From: an uncultured Dehalococcoidales bacterium
Lineage (GTDB): Bacteria > Chloroflexota > Dehalococcoidia > GIF9 > UBA5629
Direction: 5' to 3'
Length of the DNA: 64,000 nucleotides
Assembly: GCA_964554375.1 (NCBI GenBank)
Contig: CAZKOL010000002.1
Location: 14,476-78,475 of the forward strand
The position numbers and the translations under genes were made by a program. Under the pieces are notes generated by a model. The model worked only from the letters and a program-made list of their open reading frames with translations, was not told the origin of the DNA and made no database searches. Position 1 is the first letter of the stretch. Every line of letters begins with the position of its first letter. Positions 1-10,084 of the stretch are shown here, one piece after another.

Positions 1-1186
1 AGGTCATGGCCGTCTTTATGCCGTAAGTATCAGAGAGGGCCCCGGTTACGATGGGGCCCAGCGATGAGCCGAGCAGGTGCTGGATGATAACTGCCAGGGC
101 GACAGAGGTGGCGCGCAACCCGGCGTGAACCACGTCCTGACAGACGGCGAGCGCAGCAGGGATAAAGCTTGTAATGGCGATGCCTACAAGCAGTAGCATG
201 AGGTACTGGCTAATACCTTCGAGAAGCGAAAACGCCAGGTAGACCAACAGCGCCGCGATCAGAATGGATATGGCGCAAAACAGCATCCTGGCTCTTAAAT
301 CTTTCCTGTACCACAGATCGGCCAGGAAGCCGCCCAGCGGCGCCCCGATGATCGCCAGCGCCATGATCGCACTGGCACGTAGGCCGGCCTGGTCTTCAGG
401 GATACCGCCGGCGCGGAAGAAATAGGTGGGCAGCCAGGTGATGATCGAGGTGGTTACGAATACGACAGCGGCGAAGCCAAGGTAGGTGAACCACAGAGTT
501 GGTGTCTGCAGGAACTGCCTGCTGATATCGCGGAAGTTCATTTTTTTCTTGGTTGCGCCCTTGCCTTCGTCCACCGTCTTGACCAGCTCAACGGTTTTGT
601 AGTCCTTGACGAAGAAAAACAGGATGGCCACGACCAGGCCGGGTATGGCTACCAGGCCGAAGGCGTGTTGCCATCCTAGGTTCTTGGCGATTATACCACC
701 CAGAGCGATGCCCACGGCGCTGCCCAGCGGTATGGAAGCGTTCCAGATGCCCAACATGCGGGAACGCTTCTCCTCGGGATATATCCCCGAGATCATGGCG
801 GACCCGCCCGGCGCGTAGCCCGCTTCGCCGATGCCGATGGCCGTCCTGGCGCCGAACAGCGCCTTGAAATTGGGCATAAAGGCGCAGGCCGCCGTGGCGA
901 GGCTCCAGAACACAGCCATCAAACCGATGGTCTTCTTACGGCTCCAGCGGTCGACCAGGATAGATACGGGGAAGGTGAAGATGAGGATGGACCAGTAGAC
1001 CGCGGAGACCAGCATGCCGCACTCAGCGTCCGATATGCCCCAGTCCCTCTGTATAAAAGGGAAGAGGGACGTGACCACTGTGCGGTCCACGTAATCGAAG
1101 AAGTAAAGCAGGAAGAGCAGGACGAATATATACATCCGTGAAGATGAAGATAGCTGGTACCGTTGTGCAGCGGGTTGATTATCCAT
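1..1186 (-). CDS. MFS transporter (3' end outside window)
   Basis: Manual translation from ATG at 1186 (AAGGAG RBS): MDNQPAAQRYQLSSSSRMYIFVLLFLLYFFDYVDR..., with MFS motif LVDRWSRK and multiple TM segments; runs off the window edge. Confidence 0.85.
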   Translation of the reverse strand, partial: MDNQPAAQRYQLSSSSRMYIFVLLFLLYFFDYVDRTVVTSLFPFIQRDWGISDAECGMLVSAVYWSILIFTFPVSILVDRWSRKKTIGLMAVFWSLATAACAFMPNFKALFGARTAIGIGEAGYAPGGSAMISGIYPEEKRSRMLGIWNASIPLGSAVGIALGGIIAKNLGWQHAFGLVAIPGLVVAILFFFVKDYKTVELVKTVDEGKGATKKKMNFRDISRQFLQTPTLWFTYLGFAAVVFVTTSIITWLPTYFFRAGGIPEDQAGLRASAIMALAIIGAPLGGFLADLWYRKDLRARMLFCAISILIAALLVYLAFSLLEGISQYLMLLLVGIAITSFIPAALAVCQDVVHAGLRATSVALAVIIQHLLGSSLGPIVTGALSDTYGIKTAMT

Positions 1187-1207
1187 CACGCTCCTTCATG
1201 AAGATAT

Positions 1208-2131
1208 TTACTTTTTCTTGAGATGCAGCAGTTCCCTGGCCTCTTCAACGGTAGCGATTTCGAAATCCAGCTCGCGGGCGATCCTGACCGCTTTTTCAAC
1301 CAGTTCAGCGTTGGATTTGGCCAGCTCGCCGTGCGAAATATAAATGTTGTCTTCGAGGCCGACCCGGACGCTGTCGGCGCCCAAAAGCATGGCCATTGTG
1401 ATCATGGGGAACTCGTCCTTTCCGATGCCCAGGGCCTGCCACTTGGCATTGGGGAACATCTTCTTGCCCTCTTCGGAGATATACATAAGCTGTTTGGCCG
1501 TAGCGGGCTGGCCGCCTGAAACGCCCAGCGGGTAATCGATGTGGAAAGCCATATTTTTGTCGAACACCCCTTCTTCACACAGCGCCATGGTATTGTAAAG
1601 GTGGCTGACGTCCCAGATCTCCAGTTCCATGCCCCAGCCCCGTTCCAGGATGCCCTTGATAATCTTTCTCTGGAAGGGTGGGGTATTGCTGAAAGTGGAA
1701 AAACCGTACTTACCGATCGACATATCAAACGTGCCCATATTGAGCGTGAGCATATCCGGTTCGGGTTTGATGTCCAGCAGTGCCAGCTTCTGCTCTTCGG
1801 ATGCCGGGATGATCTGCCATGTAGTCGTATCAACCCATGCGCCGATGCCGCCACCGGCCTCGATTACAATCGGGCACTTCTCCCGTATACGTGCCACAAC
1901 GTCGCCCCAGACCTTGATATCAGGAGTGGCCAGCATGTGTATGGGGTCCCTGGCATGGATATGGCACAGGCTCGCTCCCGCGTTATAAGAACGAAGCGCC
2001 TCCTCTGCCACCTCTTCAGGTGTGATCGGCAGGTAAGGTGTCCTTTTGCCGAGGTTGGGAAGGTTTGGTGTGTTTTCATGTAGAGTGTTTGAACCGAACG
2101 GTGCTACCTGGATGATCAGTTTCTTGGCCAT
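1208..2131 (-). CDS. Beta-keto acid cleavage enzyme (BKACE/DUF849, Kce family)
   Basis: LPITPEEVAEEA, HIHARD metal motif, VRVGLEDN; start reset to ATG 2131 behind an AGGAGG RBS. Confidence 0.9.
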   Translation of the reverse strand: MAKKLIIQVAPFGSNTLHENTPNLPNLGKRTPYLPITPEEVAEEALRSYNAGASLCHIHARDPIHMLATPDIKVWGDVVARIREKCPIVIEAGGGIGAWVDTTTWQIIPASEEQKLALLDIKPEPDMLTLNMGTFDMSIGKYGFSTFSNTPPFQRKIIKGILERGWGMELEIWDVSHLYNTMALCEEGVFDKNMAFHIDYPLGVSGGQPATAKQLMYISEEGKKMFPNAKWQALGIGKDEFPMITMAMLLGADSVRVGLEDNIYISHGELAKSNAELVEKAVRIARELDFEIATVEEARELLHLKKK

Positions 2132-2162
2132 GTGTTGTAGTACCTCCTTAATGCATAAAATG

Positions 2163-3197
2163 TTATTTAATATAAGCCGTAATGCTCTGGAATTCTTTGA
2201 GGTTCTCCAAGGAGGGTTTCCTTTTCCCTTCCTCAATTTCCTTTATCAATTTAGTCACCATCTCGTTGGCAGGCGTTTTCAGCCCTACCTCTTTGCCCTT
2301 CCTGACCACGTAGCCGTTGACGAAATCCACTTCGGTCTTGCGTCCTTTTTCGATATCCTGCCACATCGAGGGCTTGGTGGCCTTATGGTTGGCGAACGCG
2401 ATCTCCATTAATTTGGACGCCTTTTCGAAGTCTTCCCTGTTGCGCACCAGGACGATGGATGGCGACACGCCCATCAGGTCGGCGAACTTGACCCCTGCCT
2501 TTATGCCGACGTCATAGGTCTCGGTGATCACAGTGAGCGCTACCTCGCGGGCAGCCTCGTTTTCAATCAGACCGCCATACGTCAGTCCGGCCGTTGTACC
2601 AACACCGGTAAGTGAGGCTGTGATGAGGAGCTTGGTCCAGCGGTCCCCGATGATATTGTCGGCAACCTCGGTGGTGAAGGCTTTGGAGAGCAGTGCGGCA
2701 GTCTCTTCCACTATTATGCTTTTGCCTGTCGGCCACTGCCCGATAATAAATCCGCCGTCTGTGGTCTGCATGAGCTGGCCGGGGCCCTTATTAGTACTAC
2801 CCCAGGTTATGCTGCACGCGATGGTGCGTTCAACACCGACGATTTTAGAGATGGTCTCCTCGTTGATGCCGTTTTGCAGCGAGACCACAGGTGCAGTCTT
2901 GGACATCACTGGCAGCACTGATTTGAGCGCATTTTCCGTATGCAGACCCTTCACTGCCAGCAGGACGATATCAGCCCATCCTGCGTTGTCCTTGCCGCCG
3001 AATTCGGCGGGCAGCATGGCCTTGACCGGGATCAATAGTCGCCTGAAGCCGCTTATCTCCAGGCCGCTGTTCATTCGTTTAACGTGCTCTTTATCGGCGT
3101 CCAGCACGATCACGTTCAGGCCCTGCTTTGTCAGCAGCGCTGCGGTGATGCCGCCGATGGCGCCGCCGCCGACCACTAAAATATTATTGAATCCCAT
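2163..3197 (-). CDS. Ketopantoate reductase (PanE/ApbA) family oxidoreductase
   Basis: GGGAIGG, LAVKG, SLQNG, W-x-KL, SMWQD..GRKTEVDFVNG motifs. Confidence 0.88.
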   Translation of the reverse strand: MGFNNILVVGGGAIGGITAALLTKQGLNVIVLDADKEHVKRMNSGLEISGFRRLLIPVKAMLPAEFGGKDNAGWADIVLLAVKGLHTENALKSVLPVMSKTAPVVSLQNGINEETISKIVGVERTIACSITWGSTNKGPGQLMQTTDGGFIIGQWPTGKSIIVEETAALLSKAFTTEVADNIIGDRWTKLLITASLTGVGTTAGLTYGGLIENEAAREVALTVITETYDVGIKAGVKFADLMGVSPSIVLVRNREDFEKASKLMEIAFANHKATKPSMWQDIEKGRKTEVDFVNGYVVRKGKEVGLKTPANEMVTKLIKEIEEGKRKPSLENLKEFQSITAYIK

Positions 3198-4155
3198 GGG
3201 TGTGTGTACCTCCTTTTGTCCCCGCGGGACGGTTCATCACAATCTCCAGCAGTTGACGGTCGATCTCCTGCATCGTTTCATCACAGCTGCGCCCGGCGTA
3301 ATCATAGAATCCCCGGCCGGTCTTCATGCCGAAGTGGCCTGCTTGCACCAGTTCGCGGATGCGGGCGGCGCGCGGGTCGCTGTGGGCGTTGGGATCGAAG
3401 CTGATAATAGCCTGCCAGATGAGGTCCAACCCGATCAGGTCCATGGTCTTGAAAGGCCCCATCACGGACAGACGCGGGCCCAGGCCGCGTGTAAAGGCGA
3501 AGTCGATCGCCTCCAGGGTGGCCACTCCGCGTCCCAGGAAGTCCAGCGCCGCGGCCATAATGGCCATATTGAACGAGTTGACCAAATAGCCGGGAACGAC
3601 CTTGTCGCAAATGATGGCCTTTTTGCCGATGAGCTGTACCAGGTTTATGGTATCCGCGAATGTTTTATCCGATGTAGCGCTGCCGCGCGCCACTTCTACT
3701 ATCGGCATGACTTCCGGAGGATTGATAAAGTGCGCCAGGATGGTCCTGTCCTTGCGTGCGACCTTTTCGGCTATGCTGTCGATTGACAGGGTGGATGAGT
3801 TGCTGGAAATTATGGTGTGAGGGGAGCATACCTTTTCCAGGTCGGCGAACACGCGGCTTTTTACAGGTAACTCCTCTTTGACAGCCTCAATGATAAAATC
3901 GGCGTTTCCCGCGGCCTCCTCAAGAGATGTCGTTAGCTTGATGGCGGACGTAATGTCCTTCTGGCTGTGGCCGCTTCGGCCGTTCTTATCATTAAACAGA
4001 CCCGCCATAGACCGGAGGCTGGCCGCAGCGCGCTTGAGCGCAACGGGATCAATGTCTGCCAGCGTAACGGGTAAACCGTGGCGGGCGAAAGATACGGCGA
4101 TACCCGGGCCCATCACGCCCGCCCCGATAACAGCAATCCGCTTAATTCCGGGCAT
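3184..4155 (-). CDS. 3-hydroxyacyl-CoA dehydrogenase family protein
   Basis: GAGVMG, IIEAVKE, SNSS, HFINPP..VE, GPF..MDLIGLD, G.KTGRGFYDY; ATG 4155 follows GGAG. Confidence 0.88.
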   Translation of the reverse strand: MPGIKRIAVIGAGVMGPGIAVSFARHGLPVTLADIDPVALKRAAASLRSMAGLFNDKNGRSGHSQKDITSAIKLTTSLEEAAGNADFIIEAVKEELPVKSRVFADLEKVCSPHTIISSNSSTLSIDSIAEKVARKDRTILAHFINPPEVMPIVEVARGSATSDKTFADTINLVQLIGKKAIICDKVVPGYLVNSFNMAIMAAALDFLGRGVATLEAIDFAFTRGLGPRLSVMGPFKTMDLIGLDLIWQAIISFDPNAHSDPRAARIRELVQAGHFGMKTGRGFYDYAGRSCDETMQEIDRQLLEIVMNRPAGTKGGTHTHGIQ

Positions 4156-4186
4156 ATTTATTTGGCAACTCCATATCAAAGCCGGG

Positions 4187-5611
4187 CTACTGAAGCATTG
4201 CCGGCTTTACCTTCTTCCTGGCTTTTTGAATGTAGTAGAGGCCCAGTCCCACGATTATGGCGAGCATGAACAGTATTATGGGCCAGGTGACCTTCTGCAT
4301 CAACAGGAAGACGACCAGCAGCAGCATGAAGATCACATTCATCACGGCGGCGGTGATAGCCGCGAATGATACCAGGCCGGGTTTAAACTTGAATTGCGAT
4401 TGGCCGAACTCCTTGGGGTGAGTTTTATGCAGTCGTGCGGCCGCGATCAGGACCAGGGTGACCATCCACAGCATACCGAAGTTGAGCATCGCTCCATAGA
4501 TGCCGATGGTCTCACCGGCCAGCAGGAGTATGATCACGCTCAGCGCCCAGGGCAGTGTCAGTCCCCAGTGAGGCGTGCCCCAGCGCTTGTTGATATCGGC
4601 CATAAACCTGGGGAAAAAGCCGTCCTTGGCATAAGACATGGCGTAGCGGCCGGAGATTGTCATCACAGCGTGCACCGTGGAGATACAGGCCATCACGGCG
4701 CCACCGATGATGAAATAGTAGAACCAGAATGAATTGGCGCCGAAGATCAGTCTACATGCGGCGCCGAGGTCCTTGGATGCTGCAAGCTGTTCCCAGTTCA
4801 TGACGCCGATGGCGACAATCTCAACCAGCCAGGTGAGGGCAAAAGCGCCGATTATAGCGATGAGCAGACCTCTAGGTATGGTGACACCGGCTTTTTTCAC
4901 CTCGTCGCCCAGCTCGATGCCGAACAGCCCGCCGGCCAGCAGCGTGTAGCATATAGCCGCCGCCGCTACCAGGCCCACCGTCTGCCCCAGCGCGGGCGGC
5001 ATGGCGGGGAATTTCAGGTTACCCGTGAACATGTTCGAGAAGTTGGACCAGTCTATCTGGGGGAAGCCCCCGAAGATGAATGCCAGCAGGGCGGAGATCA
5101 GAAGGAATACCATGCCGAACTGCACCCAGGCGGAGGGCTTGATGCCCACGATGTTGATGATATAGAAGAGGGTGATGGTGATAATAGCGATCAGCACAAC
5201 CCACGATATGCCCAGGCCGGGCACCAGCGCGGGCGCGTCCGGGAACAGCATCATGATGAAGCGGCCGTTGGTGATGGCGAAAAGGGGCAGGCCGCCCAGC
5301 GGCATGGCCACCAGCAGCACCATCACGCCCGCCACCGCCATGGGGTAAGAGGCGAGCTTGCCGTATTGATAGCTGGCCGCCGACTTGGGCGCGATGGACG
5401 TCAGCAGCATGTACGGTATGATGGCGAGGAATACTGGCAGTGCACAGATGATCTGTGCGATGATGAGCGACGGCCCGGTCAGGCCTGCGGCGACCGTGGT
5501 CAGCGTGAACAGGGCGCCGCCGACGTTCAGGCCTATCATGAGGAAGATCAGCAGTATTAACGTGAGCTCCTTTCTGAGGGTACCCTGGGCTGGCTGCGTT
5601 GCTTCTGTCAT
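4187..5611 (-). CDS. APC-family amino acid permease
   Basis: LRKEL N-terminus, about 12 TM helices, GDEVKK, R..YAKDG.FP, GTPHW motifs. Confidence 0.88.
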   Translation of the reverse strand: MTEATQPAQGTLRKELTLILLIFLMIGLNVGGALFTLTTVAAGLTGPSLIIAQIICALPVFLAIIPYMLLTSIAPKSAASYQYGKLASYPMAVAGVMVLLVAMPLGGLPLFAITNGRFIMMLFPDAPALVPGLGISWVVLIAIITITLFYIINIVGIKPSAWVQFGMVFLLISALLAFIFGGFPQIDWSNFSNMFTGNLKFPAMPPALGQTVGLVAAAAICYTLLAGGLFGIELGDEVKKAGVTIPRGLLIAIIGAFALTWLVEIVAIGVMNWEQLAASKDLGAACRLIFGANSFWFYYFIIGGAVMACISTVHAVMTISGRYAMSYAKDGFFPRFMADINKRWGTPHWGLTLPWALSVIILLLAGETIGIYGAMLNFGMLWMVTLVLIAAARLHKTHPKEFGQSQFKFKPGLVSFAAITAAVMNVIFMLLLVVFLLMQKVTWPIILFMLAIIVGLGLYYIQKARKKVKPAMLQ

Positions 5612-5668
5612 CCCTATCTTCTCCTAACAGTTTTATTTGTATGCGCCAGAATCCGTTGGAATTAAGGC

Positions 5669-5696
5669 ATTATACAATTTCCGCTCCCCCTGTCAA
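5669..5696 (-). promoter_or_regulatory. Sigma70-type promoter for the permease-BKACE operon
   Basis: TTGACA-N16-TATAAT on the minus strand, about 60 bp upstream of the ATG at 5611. Confidence 0.7.
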
Positions 5697-5725
5697 CAGG
5701 CTATTAGAACCCGCCTGCCGATACA

Positions 5726-7069
5726 CTATCTGTAAATACTGAAAGCCGTCTCGAAAGCAGCACGGCTTTTCTGTATGTCTTTCTCGGTCATTACGCCCGA
5801 CATGTATACGTGGCCGGGCAGCAGCACCACGCCCGGGTTGCTCAAGAGCAGCGCCAGCCTGATCATAAGGTCGAATTCGAAGACTTCCATCGCCTGGCTC
5901 ATATCGAACTTACCGTTCAGCCCGAAGTGTACGATGCTGTAGATGGCATGGGCCGAGACGTCCATCTTCAGGCCGGCTGCCACTTCGTTGATGACCTTGG
6001 CCAGGTCTGCCGCGCGGGCGATGGAGTTCTGGATGTAGTCACCTTTCTCAAGCTCCTCGATGAAGGCGATGCCGGCCGCCATGGCCAGCGGGTGGGCGCA
6101 GAATGAGCCCATGGGAAAGAGCGGTCCGAAATGCTCGGCCCTGGGGTCCAGTGCGCCGACCACCGACATCACATCCTCCCGTCCACCCACCGCCCCGATG
6201 GGCATGCCGCCGCCGACCGGTTTGCCCAGGCAGGTGAGGTCGGGCGTTATGCCCAGAGCCTGCTGCGCGCCGCCGATGGCCACCCTGAAGCTGGTAGCCA
6301 CCTCGTCAAAGGCCAGCAGTACATTGTACTTAGTGGTGAGATCGCGCAACTGCTTCTGGAAGCCCTCGTTGAGAGGCGCTCCTCCAGAGGAAGCTCCCAA
6401 CGGCTCCAGCACTACAGCCGCCACCTGGTCTTTATTGTCCTGCAGCGCCTTTTCCACGATCCCGATATCGTTGGGCGGCAGGTTGATCAGGTTGTCCCAG
6501 TGGTTATTGGGTATGCCCAGTGTAAAGAGGGTGCCGGAGCCGGCCGCCAGCGCATCGTAAGACAGCACGCCGTTCCAGCCGTGATGGTGACCGGCGAACT
6601 TGATGATCTTGTTTTTGCCGGTGAAAGCCCGGGCGATCTGGCAGACCAGTTCGGTGGCCTCGTTGCCGGAGTTGACTATTTTGATCTTTTTGATTGAGGG
6701 GTAATGCTGCATGACTTTCTGCGCCCACCTGGTGGCCAGTTCCTCGCACATCTCCAGGTGGAAGCCGTATTTATCCAGGGCCTTGTCGATGGCCTTGCGG
6801 ATGGCCGGCGCCTTGTGGCCGATATAGGAGATGCCCTGGTCGATGAACATGTCGATGTACTCGTTGCCGTCCACATCGTAAAGCTTAGAACCTCTGGCAT
6901 TGTCGATAAACAGGGGGTAGGGCCTGTGCCAGATCATGTAGGCGGGAGCGCCCATGGGCACTATGTATTTGCTCGATTCCTCGATGAGCTTTTTGGATTT
7001 GGGTGTCTTCTTCTCGTAAGCGGCTACAACTTCCCGGTACTTCTCCTCGCTAAGTTTGGGTATGCTCAT
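5726..7069 (-). CDS. Class III PLP aminotransferase (GSA-aminomutase-like)
   Basis: DVDGNEYID, NSGNEAT, FDEVATSFR, PDLTCLGKPVGGG (PLP Lys); start reset to ATG 7069 after GGAGG. Confidence 0.88.
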   Translation of the reverse strand: MSIPKLSEEKYREVVAAYEKKTPKSKKLIEESSKYIVPMGAPAYMIWHRPYPLFIDNARGSKLYDVDGNEYIDMFIDQGISYIGHKAPAIRKAIDKALDKYGFHLEMCEELATRWAQKVMQHYPSIKKIKIVNSGNEATELVCQIARAFTGKNKIIKFAGHHHGWNGVLSYDALAAGSGTLFTLGIPNNHWDNLINLPPNDIGIVEKALQDNKDQVAAVVLEPLGASSGGAPLNEGFQKQLRDLTTKYNVLLAFDEVATSFRVAIGGAQQALGITPDLTCLGKPVGGGMPIGAVGGREDVMSVVGALDPRAEHFGPLFPMGSFCAHPLAMAAGIAFIEELEKGDYIQNSIARAADLAKVINEVAAGLKMDVSAHAIYSIVHFGLNGKFDMSQAMEVFEFDLMIRLALLLSNPGVVLLPGHVYMSGVMTEKDIQKSRAAFETAFSIYR

Positions 7070-7252
7070 TTTCACCTCCCCTTCGCCCGCCCGGCCCGCT
7101 GGCCTTACAAGCGGCGGACGCCGTATTTTAAAACACCGTGTTACAAAAAACAACATTTTTGTATAAATTGTTTAACCCCGGCTTCGGTGTCCATATTGTA
7201 CTGCTCTTGTGACTGCGATATACTTACCATAACGAGCAGCATGGGAAGACCG

Positions 7253-8041
7253 ATGGATAAAAGTGTTAAAAAACGGGTAAACTACGGCGCGCAGAAGGTT
7301 GGCGAACGCTGGCTGACCGACCTGCTCAAGAAGGTGCAGTCGGGTGACCTGTCCCTGCAGGACGCAGTTAAGCAATTGAGCGTTCTGCCCTACGAGGATA
7401 TGGTACATGCTAAGCTCGACCACCACCGCAGCCTGCGCACGGGCTTTCCCGAGGTGATCTTTGGACCGGGCAAGACGACGGAGCAGATGGTCGGTATAGC
7501 GGTGCGCATGGCGTCGCATTCGGGCAGGGTGCTGATCACACGCGTCGATATCGATGTATTTAGAGCGGTAAGGAAGAGACTGCCGGATGCCGTTTATAAT
7601 GCGGATGCCCGCGCAATCACCATAGACCGCACAATAAAAAAGGCGGGGAAAGCGGGTATTACTATAGTAACTGGTGGTACAGCAGATATACCCGTGGCCG
7701 AGGAGGCGGCTGTCACGGTCGAGCTGATGGGCAACAGGGTTGAGCGCATTTTCGACGTTGGGGTGGCCGGCATCCACCGCCTGTTCGACCACCTGGAGCA
7801 GCTCAGGAGCGCTAAAGTAATCATTGCCGTGGCCGGCATGGACGGTGTGCTGCCGGCAGTGCTGGGCGGGCTTGTGACCTGTCCGGTTATAGCTGTACCC
7901 ACCAGCGTCGGCTACGGGGCCAATTTTAAGGGAGTTGCGCCCTTGCTGACCATGCTCAACAGCTGTGCGCCGGGCGTGGCCGTGGTCAATATCGATGGAG
8001 GGTTTAATGCAGGCTATCTGGCCGGCCTGATCAACAGATAA
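7253..8041 (+). CDS. larB: Nickel-pincer cofactor biosynthesis protein LarB
   Basis: DHHRSLRTGFPEVIFG, GTADIPVAEEA, DVGVAG, PTSVGYG, LNSCAPG; start uncertain (7241 or 7253). Confidence 0.93.
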   Translation: MDKSVKKRVNYGAQKVGERWLTDLLKKVQSGDLSLQDAVKQLSVLPYEDMVHAKLDHHRSLRTGFPEVIFGPGKTTEQMVGIAVRMASHSGRVLITRVDIDVFRAVRKRLPDAVYNADARAITIDRTIKKAGKAGITIVTGGTADIPVAEEAAVTVELMGNRVERIFDVGVAGIHRLFDHLEQLRSAKVIIAVAGMDGVLPAVLGGLVTCPVIAVPTSVGYGANFKGVAPLLTMLNSCAPGVAVVNIDGGFNAGYLAGLINR

Positions 8042-8043
8042 AA

Positions 8044-8862
8044 ATGCGCAAGCTGGGTGTTAAAAGCAGGACAGCCGATAAGGCGAGCCACCTGGAAAAC
8101 ATAATAGGCAGGATGAATTCCGCCATCGTGGCATATTCGGGTGGTGTGGACAGCACATTCCTTTCCGTAACGGCCACGGACATATTGAAGGACAATGCGC
8201 TGATGGTGCTGGCCAGGTCGCCACTGATGGAGGCTGAGGAATTCGAGGCGGCCAGGAAGCTGGCTGTTGATCTCAAGCTGAAGCTGATGGAGATAGAGTT
8301 CAACCAGCTCGATATACCGGATTTTGCCATCAACACCAGGGATCGTTGCTATCATTGCAAGCTGAACATGCTGGGGATATTAAATGAGGCCGCCCGTGTC
8401 AGGCATATTAAATATGTCTGCGACGGCACCAACTACGACGACCTGAGCGATTACCGGCCGGGTCTGATGGCCATCGCTGAACTGGGTGTGCGCAGCCCAC
8501 TGGCAGAATCGTTTTTAACCAAGAAAGAGATCAGAGCTCTTGCCAGGGCAATCGGGCTGCCGAACTGGCATAAGCCGGCTATGTCCTGCCTGGCCACCAG
8601 GATACCGCACCGGACGCCCATCACGCACGAGGTGCTGGAGAAGGTATCCTCGGGCGAGGCCTTTATCAGGGGGTTGGGGATTGAACATGTCAGGCTGAGG
8701 CACCATCATGATACAGCCAGGATCGAGGTTGATGAGAAAGGGTTCAAGGAGCTCTTTAAAAAGGGCAACCGGCAGGCTGCTGTCGAGGCGATAAAAAAGC
8801 TCGGCTACAATCATGTCACCGTCGATTTGGCGGGCTATCAGATGGGAAGCATGAGCAGGTGA
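8044..8862 (+). CDS. larE: ATP-dependent sulfur transferase LarE
   Basis: SGGVDS PP-loop, RCYHCK, DYRPG, SCLATRIP. Confidence 0.93.
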   Translation: MRKLGVKSRTADKASHLENIIGRMNSAIVAYSGGVDSTFLSVTATDILKDNALMVLARSPLMEAEEFEAARKLAVDLKLKLMEIEFNQLDIPDFAINTRDRCYHCKLNMLGILNEAARVRHIKYVCDGTNYDDLSDYRPGLMAIAELGVRSPLAESFLTKKEIRALARAIGLPNWHKPAMSCLATRIPHRTPITHEVLEKVSSGEAFIRGLGIEHVRLRHHHDTARIEVDEKGFKELFKKGNRQAAVEAIKKLGYNHVTVDLAGYQMGSMSR

Positions 8863-8876
8863 TTTAGAGGATTCGG

Positions 8877-10070
8877 ATGGGGAAAACGGCCTATTTCGAC
8901 CTTTTTGCCGGCTGCAGCGGTGATATGATACTCGGGGCACTGCTGGATGCCGGCCTGTCCCTGACAGAACTTGAGAAGGAACTGGGCAGGCTGCCGCTGA
9001 TGGGCTACAGAGTTACGGCCGAAAAGGTCAAGCGGGGAGCCTTGAGAGCAACACGGGCACGGGTGATACCCGATGATAAGGTCAAACAGCCCGACCGCTC
9101 CTATGGCGATATCGTAGAGCTGGTAGCGGGCAGCCGGCTTTCGGACGAAGTGAAAAAGCGCGCGCTGGATATATTCCGCAACCTGGGTGAGGTCGAGGCT
9201 AAAATCCACGGAGTCAAGATGGAGCTGGTGCACTTTCACGAGATCGGGGCCGTGGATTCCATCGTGGATATCGTGGGGGCAGTTATCGGCTTCGACCTGA
9301 TGGGGATAACGCAATTTTTCGCATCCTCTTTCCCGGCGGCTGTGGGCTCCGTAGAGTGTCGCCACGGCGCCCTGCCGTTGCCGGCGCCGGCAACACTGGA
9401 ATTAATAGCCTGCAAACAGGCGCCTGTTGTCGGTCCTTGCCATGCGGCCATGAATGGCAGGGAACTGGTAACGCCGACCGGCGCCGCCATCGTGACCACG
9501 CTGGCTGATTTCCGCACTCCTCATCTGAACGTGGAAAAGATCGGCTACGGTGCGGGCAGTATGAATGCCGATGAGTATCCCAACGTCATGCGCCTGTGGA
9601 TAGGGCGGGCGCCCGATCTCGACGGCCACGAGGGTATGGTGCTTCTGGAGACAAACATCGATGATATGAATCCGCAGATCTACGACTATGTAATGGAAAG
9701 GCTATTCGCGCAGGGCGCGCTGGATGTCTGGTTTACACATATTCAGATGAAGAAAAACCGTCCCGCCGTTATGCTGAGCGTACTGGCCCCTGGTGATCTT
9801 GAATCGAGGCTGGCGGAGACCATCATGCGTGAGACCTCCACGCTGGGGATACGTGTACGCCACGTCTTCCGCCATATCGCCGGCCGCGATATCGTCGAGT
9901 TTAAGTCAAGCTACGGAAAGGTCAGTGTCAAGGTCAAGCGCTTCGAGGACGAGATAATCAGTATCGCGCCGGAATACGAAGAATGCAAGAAGATTGCCGC
10001 TGAAAAGGCCATCCCGCTGAGGGATGTTTATCGGACGATCGAGGCCGAGTCTCGCAAGCTGATTAAGTAG
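8877..10070 (+). CDS. larC: Nickel insertion protein LarC
   Basis: GCSGDM.LGAL, HFHEIGAVDSIVD, ELVTPTGAA, ETNIDD, MKKNRP, PEYEEC. Confidence 0.93.
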   Translation: MGKTAYFDLFAGCSGDMILGALLDAGLSLTELEKELGRLPLMGYRVTAEKVKRGALRATRARVIPDDKVKQPDRSYGDIVELVAGSRLSDEVKKRALDIFRNLGEVEAKIHGVKMELVHFHEIGAVDSIVDIVGAVIGFDLMGITQFFASSFPAAVGSVECRHGALPLPAPATLELIACKQAPVVGPCHAAMNGRELVTPTGAAIVTTLADFRTPHLNVEKIGYGAGSMNADEYPNVMRLWIGRAPDLDGHEGMVLLETNIDDMNPQIYDYVMERLFAQGALDVWFTHIQMKKNRPAVMLSVLAPGDLESRLAETIMRETSTLGIRVRHVFRHIAGRDIVEFKSSYGKVSVKVKRFEDEIISIAPEYEECKKIAAEKAIPLRDVYRTIEAESRKLIK

Positions 10071-10084
10071 GAGTTCAACACGGA

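Noticed and set aside
5726-7069. Calling the aminotransferase hemL
   Set aside because: Divergent from the HemL consensus and set in a catabolic context; only family-level support
7148-7171. Third copy of the dsr-linked palindrome (TGTATAAATTGT), also the half-site at 5669
   Set aside because: Only half-sites; explainable as -10 boxes in AT-rich promoters
6704-7252. Long N-terminal extension of LarB in the ORF track
   Set aside because: Overlaps the divergent aminotransferase; LarB similarity starts near 7300
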